A program made the translations under genes and the position numbers. A model generated the notes under the pieces. The model made no database searches, had not been told where the DNA came from, and was given only the letters and a program-made list of their open reading frames with translations. A stretch of 64,000 nt of DNA from Escherichia coli (GTDB taxonomy: Bacteria > Pseudomonadota > Gammaproteobacteria > Enterobacterales > Enterobacteriaceae): assembly GCF_048403405.1 (NCBI RefSeq), contig NZ_CP183129.1, one strand, 5' to 3'. This document shows, in pieces, positions 1 through 9,051 of this stretch. How positions within the stretch are numbered: the stretch's first letter is position 1; the number at the start of each line of letters is the position of its first letter.

Positions 1-3000
1 TTGCCCGTTCAGTGTCACCGTAATAGTGGTGCCCGCTGGCTGATTGCTGGTGCCGGAAATTTGCAGATCCGCGCCTTTTTCGGTGGCGTTAATTATGTCA
101 TCGGTAGCGATGGTGTTAATGCCAATGGTTGGCGCGGTAAGGTTAACGGTGACCGTGTGCGTTTCGCTGTCGCTATTACCTGCCGCATCGGTAACGGTCG
201 CCATCACGGTTTGCGGGCCGCTACCCAGCGCCGTGACATCCGCCGCCGGAACGCCGACGCTCCAGTTGCCGGAGGCATCCAGCGTCGTGGTGTAGGTTTT
301 ACTGTTTAGCGTGACGGTGACGACATCCCCCGCTTCTCCGCCAGTGCTGGAACCGGAAATCACCAGCGCCTGCCCGTGTTCGGCGGCGTTAATAATATCG
401 TCGCCCGCAATGGTGTTGATGGTAAGTACCGGAACGGTGAGATCCACCGCCAGATTATGCGTGGTGCTCGCCGGGTTGCCCGCTTTGTCATTGACCGTGG
501 CGGTCAGGGTGTGGCTGCCATCGGTCAATGCCTCAAGATCTGCCGCCGGAATATTAATACTCCAGCTACCGTCGGCCTGTACCGTTGCCTGATACGTCTG
601 CACGGTCGGGCTATTGAGCGTTATCGTAACAATCTGCCCTGCCTCGGCAGTGGTGCTGCCGCTCACCGTCACACCCGCATCGGCTTCGCTGGCGTTGACG
701 ATATTGTCGCTGGCAACGGTATTGATAATGATGGTCGGGGCACTGCTATCGACGCTGTAGTTATGCACCGCCGAGGCGCTATTGCCATTAATATTGCTGA
801 CGCTGGCCTGCGTGGAGGCGCTGCCATCGGTTAATAACGCTAAATCGGCAGCGGGAACGGTGGCACTCCAGCTACCATCGCTCGCCACGCTGGCAGTGTA
901 ATTTTTCCCGCCAAAGGTGACGGTGACCGTTTGCCCGGCTTCTACATTTGTGGTGGTGCCGGAAAGGGTTAAATCAGCGCCTTTTTCTGCGCCGTTAATC
1001 ACATCGTCCGTGGCGATAGTGTTGATGGTAATAGCCGCCGGAGTGAGATCCACCGTTACCGGATGCGTAATGCTTATCGGATTTCCGGCGCTACTTTCCC
1101 CGGACACGGCAATATTAATCGTCCCCGCAGGCCAGGCGCTAACCTGCGCCGCCGTGACGCCCACGCTCCAGCTACCATCGGCCTGCACCGCAGTGGTGTA
1201 TTCCACATTATTAATTGTGACGGTAAGCGGCGTGCCTTCAGCCAGCCCCGAGCTGCTGCCGCTGACCACCAGCGCCTGCCCGTGCTCGATGATATTGACC
1301 ACATCATCGCCTGCCACCGTATCGATCCGCAGACCGGGCAGATTGGCGTCGATGGTGATATCCCGCGTGCCGCTGCCGGTGTTGCCGTTTTGATTGGTGA
1401 CCGAGGCGCTCACCGTTAAATCGCCATTACCCAGCGCCTGAATATCTGCCGCCGGAACGCTCACGCTCCAGGTGAGATTGCTGCCCACCGTCGCCGTATA
1501 AGTATTACCGCCCAACGTAATAGTTACCGTGTCGCCATCTTCCGCTCCAGTAACCTGCCCGCTGATGGTTTGCGCGACGCCCGCTTCGGCGGCGTTAATA
1601 ATATCGTCGGTTGCCACCGGGTTAATGGTCACGCCGGGCAGCGCGCTGTCAACCAGCACGTTATGGCTGGCGGTGTTGCTGTTGCCGATACTGCTGGTTA
1701 CCGCCGCCGTTACCGTGTAGTTGGCCTGGCCCAGTGCGGTTACCGCCGATGCCGGAACGGTGACGCTCCAGTTGCCGGAGGCGTCGGTCGTGGTGGTGTA
1801 ATTTTGCCCGTTCAGCGTCACGGTGATGGCGGTATTAACAGGCTGATCGCTGGTGCCGGTAATCTGGACATCGGTTCCTTTTTCGCTGGCGTTAATCACA
1901 TCATCGCCCGCAATGCTGTTAATGCCGATAAGGGGCGCTGCGGTATTGACCGTGACGGTCAATGACTGGCTGCCGCTGTTTCCTGCGCGGTCGGTTACCG
2001 AGACGCTGACAGGATAACTGCCGTCCACCAGTCCGCTGACAACGGAAGCCGGAACACCCAGACTCCAGTTGCCGGAACCATCCACCACCGTGGTGTAATC
2101 GGAATTATTTAACGTAACGGTGACAATATCGCCCGCCTGCGCGCCAGTAACCGTGCCACTGATGATTTGCGCCTGGGTGTGTTCCGGCGTGTTGATGACG
2201 TTATCGGTCGCCACCGGATTAATGGTCACCACCGGAGGCGTGGCATCGACCAGCGCCACCCGTGAAACGCTGGTCGGGTTACCGGCGACATCGTTCACGC
2301 TGGCGGTGACCGTGGCGTTGCCGTCAGCCAGTGCGTCAACATTGGCGGCGGGAACGGTCACGCTCCAGGTGCCGTCGGACTGCACGATGCCCTGATAGGT
2401 TTGCCCATTCAACGTAACGGTCACCGTCTGCCCCGGCTGAGCGTCGGTGGTGCCGGTGATGGGCAAATCCTGCCCGCTTTCGGCGGCGTTAATGATGTTA
2501 TCAGCGGTCAGTGGATCGATGCTCAACGCCGGGGCCTGGCTGTCGACGGTAATGGTGCGGGAGGTGTTGCCGGTATTGCCGCTGAGATCCGTCACAGAAG
2601 CGGTAATCGCCACCGCGCCGTCAGGCAGATTTCCCATCGCGGCGGCAGGTACCGTCAGACTCCAGGAGCCATCAGCCTGCACGGTAGTGGTAAAACTCTG
2701 TCCAGCCAGGGTTACTGTGACGGTTTGTCCTGTCTCGGCCTGTTGAGTGCTACCGGTAAGGGTCAGTGGCGCACCTTTTTCTGCGCCACTGATAATGTCA
2801 TCGCCGGAGACGGTGTTAATGGTGATCAACGGAGAAACACCGACCAGCGTGATTGCTCGAGACGCCGCGCCAGTATTTCCTGCAGCATCTGTCACGGTGA
2901 CGAAAATCGTATTGGCTCCGCGATCCAGCGTGCGGGTTACCGCCGGGTCCAGCGCCACATTCCAGCTGCCATCTGCCAGCACGATGCCCGTCAGGACATG

Positions 3001-3740
3001 AGTGCCCAATTTCACCGTTACCGTATCGCCAGGAGAAGCACCGCTGACTTGTCCGGAGATGATCTGCGCGACGGCCTGCTCGGCATTATTAAGAATATCG
3101 TCGCCCGCCACGGTGTTAACGCTGACCACGGGTGCTGAGGTGTCTACCGTGAAATTCGCGCTGTGGCTGGTGGTGTTTCCTGCCCGATCGCTGACACTGG
3201 CATTGACAGCATAATTACCCTCCGCCAGTGCCTGGACTTCCGTGGCAGGCAGCGTCACTTGCCAGGTTCCGTCGCTACCGACGGTTGCTGTATGGCTTTT
3301 CCCGTTGACGGTCAGTGTTACGGTTTGCCCCGCTTCTGCATTCGACGTGCCGCTCAGTACCAGCGCGACGTTATGTTCCGCAGCACTGATGATGTTGTCC
3401 TGAGCGATGGTGTTGATGGCAAGCGTTGGCGGTTGGGTATCGACCGTTAGCAGCTGCGCGCCGGTGACCGTATTGCCTGTGGCGTCTTTCCCACTGACCA
3501 GCACCGCCTGATTCCCTTCGCCTAACGCCTGTGCATCGGCGGTCGGCACCTGCACGCTCCAGGCACCGTTAGCGCCTACGCTGGTGGTGTAGGTTTTGCC
3601 GTTTAGCGTAACGGTGAGTTCTGTTCCCTGCGCCAGATGGCTACTGGTGCCAGAAAGCGTAAACCCGGCGGCCTGTTCGCTGGCGTTAATAATGTTATCG
3701 CCTGCGGTGGTGGCAACCTGCACGCTGGCCTGACTATTGT
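1..3740 (-). repeat. Tandem array of ~300-bp coding repeats (Ig-like domains) inside the adhesin gene; repeats diverged (~40-60% aa identity by eye)
   Basis: Recurring ~100-aa motif in the hand translation; array start approximate. Confidence 0.7.
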
Positions 3741-4548
3741 CGATGGTTAACGTTATCGAACCGGCGTCAGTGATGGTACTGCCGACAATTTGCACCACTG
3801 ACCAGGTATGTTCACCTGCACTTTGCGTGGGTAACGAGACACTCCAGTGACCGTTGTTGTCTACCTGAGTACTGGCAATAGTATTGCCGTTACTGTCTTT
3901 AATCTGAATAGTCGCCCCCGCCTGCCCGCTGCCGCTAAAGGTTGGCGTGGTGTCATCGGTGATGTCATTGGTGGCGAGAATGCCGCGCTGATCGCCCTGA
4001 TTATCGGTAACTAAGAATGATGGTGTGGCGTTGCCAGGCTCAGCGGGTGGCGTAGGGTTATTAATCACTTCCGTTTTCGAGTCGCCATCACCACCGCTTG
4101 CCAGCAGTGCACCAAGCGCACCACCACCTACCGCCGCCCCCGCCAGCCAACCCCACGGGAAGGCGCTGGTCTGAGCAACGGTATCAAGAAATGGCGCAAT
4201 GCTTTCAATCGCGGTGGTCTGGGCAGTCAGTTCTACGGGGGCTAATCCACCCGCAGCAGTATCGGCAAAGGTGACGTGGGTGAGCTGTTGTCCATCGGCA
4301 AACACCAGTTCCGATTGTTCAGCGGTATTCGCCGCTTGCAGGAAATAACCGTTGCAACGGATCACCGTGCCGTCCTGCATATAGATCAGCAGGTCATTTC
4401 CTTCACGGACGTAACGCGAAACGGCAGAGGCCTGAGCATGAACCTGCACCACGGAAGGCTCATAAATAACAACCGTGACGTCGCCAGGATTAATCAGCGT
4501 TTGTTTGACGGATGTTTTACGCGAAATAACATCAATAATCAGGCTCAT
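1..4548 (-). CDS. Giant surface adhesin / type I secretion substrate, N-terminal ~1515 codons (3' end beyond window start); BapA-like N-terminal domain followed by tandem Ig-like domains
   Basis: Minus-strand frame open from ATG at 4546-4548 (AGGAAT RBS 6 nt upstream) to position 1 with no stop. Hand translation: MSLIIDVISRKTSVKQTLINPGDVTVVIYEP..., then 13 or more ~100-aa repeats (TINTIAGDDIINAAE..ISGTS..GQTVTVTLNG.TYTATV.ADGSWSV.VPAAD..AL.DG..TV.ASVTD.AGN). Plus-strand track ORFs here are antisense artefacts. Confidence 0.85.
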   Translation of the reverse strand, partial: MSLIIDVISRKTSVKQTLINPGDVTVVIYEPSVVQVHAQASAVSRYVREGNDLLIYMQDGTVIRCNGYFLQAANTAEQSELVFADGQQLTHVTFADTAAGGLAPVELTAQTTAIESIAPFLDTVAQTSAFPWGWLAGAAVGGGALGALLASGGDGDSKTEVINNPTPPAEPGNATPSFLVTDNQGDQRGILATNDITDDTTPTFSGSGQAGATIQIKDSNGNTIASTQVDNNGHWSVSLPTQSAGEHTWSVVQIVGSTITDAGSITLTIDNSQASVQVATTAGDNIINASEQAAGFTLSGTSSHLAQGTELTVTLNGKTYTTSVGANGAWSVQVPTADAQALGEGNQAVLVSGKDATGNTVTGAQLLTVDTQPPTLAINTIAQDNIISAAEHNVALVLSGTSNAEAGQTVTLTVNGKSHTATVGSDGTWQVTLPATEVQALAEGNYAVNASVSDRAGNTTSHSANFTVDTSAPVVSVNTVAGDDILNNAEQAVAQIISGQVSGASPGDTVTVKLGTHVLTGIVLADGSWNVALDPAVTRTLDRGANTIFVTVTDAAGNTGAASRAITLVGVSPLITINTVSGDDIISGAEKGAPLTLTGSTQQAETGQTVTVTLAGQSFTTTVQADGSWSLTVPAAAMGNLPDGAVAITASVTDLSGNTGNTSRTITVDSQAPALSIDPLTADNIINAAESGQDLPITGTTDAQPGQTVTVTLNGQTYQGIVQSDGTWSVTVPAANVDALADGNATVTASVNDVAGNPTSVSRVALVDATPPVVTINPVATDNVINTPEHTQAQIISGTVTGAQAGDIVTVTLNNSDYTTVVDGSGNWSLGVPASVVSGLVDGSYPVSVSVTDRAGNSGSQSLTVTVNTAAPLIGINSIAGDDVINASEKGTDVQITGTSDQPVNTAITVTLNGQNYTTTTDASGNWSVTVPASAVTALGQANYTVTAAVTSSIGNSNTASHNVLVDSALPGVTINPVATDDIINAAEAGVAQTISGQVTGAEDGDTVTITLGGNTYTATVGSNLTWSVSVPAADIQALGNGDLTVSASVTNQNGNTGSGTRDITIDANLPGLRIDTVAGDDVVNIIEHGQALVVSGSSSGLAEGTPLTVTINNVEYTTAVQADGSWSVGVTAAQVSAWPAGTINIAVSGESSAGNPISITHPVTVDLTPAAITINTIATDDVINGAEKGADLTLSGTTTNVEAGQTVTVTFGGKNYTASVASDGSWSATVPAADLALLTDGSASTQASVSNINGNSASAVHNYSVDSSAPTIIINTVASDNIVNASEADAGVTVSGSTTAEAGQIVTITLNSPTVQTYQATVQADGSWSINIPAADLEALTDGSHTLTATVNDKAGNPASTTHNLAVDLTVPVLTINTIAGDDIINAAEHGQALVISGSSTGGEAGDVVTVTLNSKTYTTTLDASGNWSVGVPAADVTALGSGPQTVMATVTDAAGNSDSETHTVTVNLTAPTIGINTIATDDIINATEKGADLQISGTSNQPAGTTITVTLNGQ

Positions 4549-4656
4549 AATGGCATTCCTGATAAATGGCGCATATCCTTAGCGAGTCCATTTATCTAAA
4601 TAAGACAAAGGTAATCACTTAACAACGAGGCATACCTGATATTAATAATGGCAGGA

Positions 4657-6012
4657 TTATTTCAAGTCGGGTAAGTCGTTGTATAAGCCCTGTTTAATTC
4701 CCGCTAATGGAATAAGGTTATTCACCGCAGCGGCATAATTTACGGCGGCGACCCAGCCATCATAATTGGCATTTATTTCAGCCGATTGCGCCTGAAAGAC
4801 ATCTTGCTCGACGGTTAATAGATCATTCAGACTGCGTTTGCCCAATTTATATTCATTTTGGTACACATCTCGCGTTTTGTGCGCACTTTCGGATTGTGCT
4901 AAACCGGCTTCTTCGCGACCCCGTGCGCCTGTCCAGTTGGCATATGCCACAGACGCTCGTTGCAGCACATCCAGTTTTGCCTGTTCGACCTGCGAGGCAG
5001 AGATTTTTTGTTGCCCTTCGGCCTGTTGCACCTGGGCAGAAACCGCGCCGCCCTGATACAGCGGCGCGTTAACGTTCAGTTGTAGCTGATCATCCCAATA
5101 CGAGCGGTCGCTGGTCTGGTAGCGCGTTTTGCCCCCCTGAATACTCAGCGTTGGCCAGTATTGCGCTTTCGTTTTTTCCACGCCGTACTGTGCTGACTGG
5201 CGTAAGTTTTCTGCCGCCAGCACCAGCGGGATGGACTGGTAATCAATATTTTTCAGCGATACCGGCTGCTCGGCTAATTCAGCAGGTGGCGCGGCTATCG
5301 CCTCCGGCTGTACGCCAGTGAGCACCGCCAGTTGCGCTTTGGCGCTTGCCATCTGCGCCTGATATTGCTCCAGCGTTGAGCGCATTCCGGCAATGCGCGT
5401 CTGGGCCTGTAATTCATCCGACGACGAGTTCAGGCCAGCGTTAGCACGCAATGCTGCCATGTTGTAGACGTTTTCCAGCGAGTGAATATTGCGTTGAGCC
5501 GCATAGCACAAAGCCTGATAACGACTGACTTCCATATAGGCAGTTGCCGTTTTCTCTGCAACATCGGTTAATGTTGCCATCAATTTAAAGCGGTAGCTGT
5601 CACGGGCGGCAGTTTGCAGTTTGATATCGTTGTTAGTTTTACCAAAGTCATACACCAGCTGTGTCAGGGTTATGCCATACGAAACGTTGTTATCAAGCCT
5701 GCCACTGGAGTCCGTTTGTCGGGACGGTCCCGCATTGCCGGTTAATCCAACGTGCGGATACCAGGCACTTTTGGCTTCATCAATTTGCGCTTCGCCAATA
5801 CCTATCTGCGCCGCCTGTTGAGTGACGTCGGGATTTCGCGCAAAGGCGCGTAATATACTTTCCTGTAAAGATAATTGGGCAACTGGCGTTACCGCTGGGG
5901 CATTCGCCCATTGTGGCAGCGGTGCAGCAATTGCAGCTTCTCCCATCACCATAAAACTTATTAAAAAAATAAACCCATTATTTTTACGGCTTTTAAACTG
6001 GAATCGCGCCAT
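4657..6012 (-). CDS. TolC-family outer-membrane efflux/secretion protein, 451 aa, with N-terminal signal peptide; likely the outer-membrane component for the adjacent adhesin
   Basis: Complete ORF; basic n-region then hydrophobic FIFLISFMVMG and AIA-A signal-peptidase-like site; TolC/OprM-like composition; 108 bp upstream of the adhesin start on the same strand. Confidence 0.75.
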   Translation of the reverse strand: MARFQFKSRKNNGFIFLISFMVMGEAAIAAPLPQWANAPAVTPVAQLSLQESILRAFARNPDVTQQAAQIGIGEAQIDEAKSAWYPHVGLTGNAGPSRQTDSSGRLDNNVSYGITLTQLVYDFGKTNNDIKLQTAARDSYRFKLMATLTDVAEKTATAYMEVSRYQALCYAAQRNIHSLENVYNMAALRANAGLNSSSDELQAQTRIAGMRSTLEQYQAQMASAKAQLAVLTGVQPEAIAAPPAELAEQPVSLKNIDYQSIPLVLAAENLRQSAQYGVEKTKAQYWPTLSIQGGKTRYQTSDRSYWDDQLQLNVNAPLYQGGAVSAQVQQAEGQQKISASQVEQAKLDVLQRASVAYANWTGARGREEAGLAQSESAHKTRDVYQNEYKLGKRSLNDLLTVEQDVFQAQSAEINANYDGWVAAVNYAAAVNNLIPLAGIKQGLYNDLPDLK

Positions 6013-6300
6013 AGATAAGTCACTTCCTTCCAGGTCATTATTTTAACTGGTTTTTATAACCAGTCTCATTTTATTAAGAAGGGTAATAACTTGTGCATCT
6101 CTTTTGTCGATCATTGATATTGGCAAAGAAATGCAGCTAAAAAGCTTATACGTTATTTATTTAGAATACACTACGACTTTTAGATTACCATCATACACAT
6201 TAAGAATAATCCACGGTAATAAGTGATTAGCATCACAGATTTATCGCGTATATATCATTTTTTTGTGACTTATTTATTAAAGGAATAAGAAAGGTAATTT

Positions 6301-6338
6301 GAATTAAAGACAAAGGCGCAGTACAGGCTGTACTGCGC
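6301..6338 (-). terminator. Intrinsic terminator downstream of ybaT
   Basis: Inverted repeat GCGCAGTACAG/CTGTACTGCGC at 6316-6338, 12 nt past the ybaT stop, followed on the minus strand by a U-rich tract. Confidence 0.6.
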
Positions 6339-6349
6339 ACAGAGAGGTG

Positions 6350-7642
6350 TTATACGGTTTTATTGCGCTTCATGACCATTGCCACAATAAGGCTGAGTAA
6401 GATTGCACCAATAATCCATATCAACGCACGGCTGCCCTGGGACCACAGGCTGTAGATAAAGCCAACGATCACCAACAACATCACCAACGTACCAACGATA
6501 AGAATCGGCAACGAGGCGTGAATATCATGACGCAGGCGGATCGCCACCACAAACACCGCCAGATAGCAGATCAAAAAGGTGGCGCTGGCAACGCTGGCGA
6601 GTGAGCCTAAATTCAGCGCCGCCGTCATCAGCATAATCAGCACCACGACAATGATGTTGCCCCAGGTACTCTGCCGCCACAGGGATTTATTCATTAGCTT
6701 CGGCAGTTCGCGTTCGCTGCCCATGTTGTCCATGATGTTAAACACGGCGAACAGGTTCGCGTTGATGGCTGAAGCCGTCGCCAGTAAAGCGCCGATGACG
6801 ACGATCACATAACCCACATGCCCGAGCAGCGGAGAAGCTGCCTGCGCTACGGCGGTATCGGCATATTTTTCTAACTCTAATGCCGATACATCGCTAAGCA
6901 AAACCAGCGCCAGCGAGATATAAAGCAACGTGGTAACGCCAATCGCCACCAGAAACGCCCGTGGCATAATGACCTGCGGATCTTTCACTTTATCCGCCGC
7001 GTTCGCCATCATGCCAAAGCCCGCATAGGCAAGGAAGGTTATCCCGATACAGGAGAAGAACGCACCGGAGCTGGGGGGCGCAGAGACGGAAATATGCGCC
7101 GGTTGCAGCGACCAGACACCTGCAATGATCAGCAATAACAGGATCATCATTTTAATGCCGACGAGGATCACTTCCAGCCGCCCTACCGCATGGTTGCTTA
7201 AGGAGTTGAAAAGCGTCATCACCGCAATGATCCCCAACGCGTAGAGCAATATAAGGTGCTCCTCCTGACTGCCTTCATGCAAAAACTGCACGGCATAAGC
7301 GCCAAAAGCACGGGCGACCATGGCGATGCTCACCGCCAGCGTCAACAGGTACAATAACGAGAGTGCCAGCGAAAAGACGCCGTTGCCTAATCCGCGACGA
7401 AAGAAGTCGATAATACCGCCATTGCTGGGATAGCTCGCCCCTAGGCGCGCATAGGCATAACCGGAAAACATCGCCACAATACCGCCAAAAGCAAAGGCGA
7501 CCCAGGTCGAGGCTTCCATTAGCAACGCAGCCTGCCCCAGCAGCGCGAAGATCCCCGCCCCCACCATTGCCCCAATACCGATGGAAACGACGTTCCATAG
7601 ACCGAGGGGTTTGTTATCGTTATTACCTTCCGTGTTCATCAT
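6350..7642 (-). CDS. ybaT: APC-family amino acid transporter YbaT (430 aa)
   Basis: Complete ORF; polytopic membrane protein sequence; 2 nt downstream of glsA. Confidence 0.9.
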   Translation of the reverse strand: MMNTEGNNDNKPLGLWNVVSIGIGAMVGAGIFALLGQAALLMEASTWVAFAFGGIVAMFSGYAYARLGASYPSNGGIIDFFRRGLGNGVFSLALSLLYLLTLAVSIAMVARAFGAYAVQFLHEGSQEEHLILLYALGIIAVMTLFNSLSNHAVGRLEVILVGIKMMILLLLIIAGVWSLQPAHISVSAPPSSGAFFSCIGITFLAYAGFGMMANAADKVKDPQVIMPRAFLVAIGVTTLLYISLALVLLSDVSALELEKYADTAVAQAASPLLGHVGYVIVVIGALLATASAINANLFAVFNIMDNMGSERELPKLMNKSLWRQSTWGNIIVVVLIMLMTAALNLGSLASVASATFLICYLAVFVVAIRLRHDIHASLPILIVGTLVMLLVIVGFIYSLWSQGSRALIWIIGAILLSLIVAMVMKRNKTV

Positions 7643-7644
7643 GA

Positions 7645-8577
7645 TCAGCCCTTAAACACGTTATAGCCGAGTTGCTTAGCGACCGATGCCACCATTTTTT
7701 GACCGCGAACACTGTTACCTTCTTCGTCCAGCGGTGGTGAGAACGCGGCAATTCCCATCACGCCAGGGACGACCGCCAGAATACCGCCACCTACACCGCT
7801 TTTGCCCGGTAAACCAACGCGATACGCCCAGTCACCGGAGCGACCATACAGCCCTTCCATCATCATTTCAGCCAGAATGTACGGCACGTTGTCGGCCTGA
7901 AGAACGCGTTTATGCGTCAGCGGATTCACACCCCCCGCCGCCAGCGTCGCGCCAAGCGTTGCCAGTTCAACAGTATTGATGAGCGTGGAGCACTGACGGG
8001 TGTACACGTCACAGGCTTCCATTGCATCACAATAGAGATATCCGGCGGAGTACAGCAGCCAGGCAATGGCCCGGTTATGGAAGTTGGTTGTTTGTTCCGA
8101 CTGGTTTACTTCGTCAGAGAGCGCTACCTGCTCACCAGCCAGTTGTTGTTGGATATGTAAAATTCGCTGCCAGCGTTGTTCGGCATTTTCAGCGTTAATC
8201 AGGCTGGTGGTGGCAATAGCGCCAGCATTTACCAGTGGCGACAGCGGTTTACCGCCATGCAACTCTAAGGCGATAACTGAGTTAAAGGGCAATCCGGTCG
8301 GGTCAGCGCCAATTTTGTCCTGTACCGCCTGCGGGCCGACATCTTCTAACGCAAGGGCTAACGTACAGACTTTCGAGATGGATTCCAGCGCAAAGCGGTA
8401 ATCACTATCACCCGCGCGATAGATGTTGCCATCGCAGGTCACAATAGCCACTGCTGCCAGTTGACCAGGTACATTCGCCAGAAAGGGAATGTAGTCGGCA
8501 TTTTGTCCGCCGTTAAGTGAGTGAAATTGGGTGTAAGCCTGATCCACTGCCTGCTGTAATTTGTTTGCATCTAACAT
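7645..8577 (-). CDS. glsA: Glutaminase 1 (310 aa)
   Basis: Complete ORF; sequence recognisable as YbaS/GlsA glutaminase; forms glsA-ybaT operon. Confidence 0.92.
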   Translation of the reverse strand: MLDANKLQQAVDQAYTQFHSLNGGQNADYIPFLANVPGQLAAVAIVTCDGNIYRAGDSDYRFALESISKVCTLALALEDVGPQAVQDKIGADPTGLPFNSVIALELHGGKPLSPLVNAGAIATTSLINAENAEQRWQRILHIQQQLAGEQVALSDEVNQSEQTTNFHNRAIAWLLYSAGYLYCDAMEACDVYTRQCSTLINTVELATLGATLAAGGVNPLTHKRVLQADNVPYILAEMMMEGLYGRSGDWAYRVGLPGKSGVGGGILAVVPGVMGIAAFSPPLDEEGNSVRGQKMVASVAKQLGYNVFKG

Positions 8578-8768
8578 CTTTTGTTAACTCCTTTTTATAG
8601 ATGCGGGAGGTAATTCCTCACCCCGGTGCCGATTTTCAGGCATCCTGATTTAACTTAGCACCCGCAACTTAACTACAGGAAAACAAAGAGATAAATGTCT
8701 AATCCTGATGCAAATCGAGCCGATTTTTTAATCTTTACGGACTTTTACCCGCCTGGTTTATTAATTTC

Positions 8769-8799
8769 TTGACCTTCCCCTTGCTGGAAGGTTTAACCT
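8769..8799 (+). promoter_or_regulatory. copA promoter with CueR (MerR-type) operator: -35 TTGACC, 19-bp spacer containing dyad CCTTCC-N7-GGAAGG
   Basis: TTGACCTTCCCCTTGCTGGAAGGTTTAACCT read directly 41-71 nt upstream of the copA ATG. Confidence 0.8.
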
Positions 8800-8839
8800 T
8801 TATCACAGCCAGTCAAAACTGTCTTAAAAGGAGTGTTTT

Positions 8840-9051
8840 ATGTCACAAACTATCGACCTGACCCTGGACGGCCTGTCCTGCGGTCACTGCGTTAAACGCG
8901 TGAAAGAAAGTCTCGAACAGCGCCCGGATGTTGAGCAGGCGGATGTGTCTGTCACTGAAGCGCACGTTACCGGGACTGCCAGTGCAGAACAGCTGATCGA
9001 AACCATCAAACAAGCGGGTTATGACGCATCTGTAAGCCACCCAAAGGCTAA
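8840..9051 (+). CDS. copA: CopA(Z) copper chaperone, 70 aa, produced by programmed -1 ribosomal frameshift within copA
   Basis: Slippery heptamer C-CCA-AAG at 9040-9046 (codons 68-69); the -1 frame reads CCC AAA GGC TAA, ending ...SHPKG. Confidence 0.75.

Noticed and set aside
1-4550. About 20 plus-strand track ORFs (e.g. 2401..3138, 245 aa; 376..834; 1570..1965) across the left end
   Set aside because: All lie antisense to one continuous minus-strand frame encoding the repeat adhesin. Their Arg/Gly/Ala-rich translations are typical of the reverse strand of GC-rich coding DNA.
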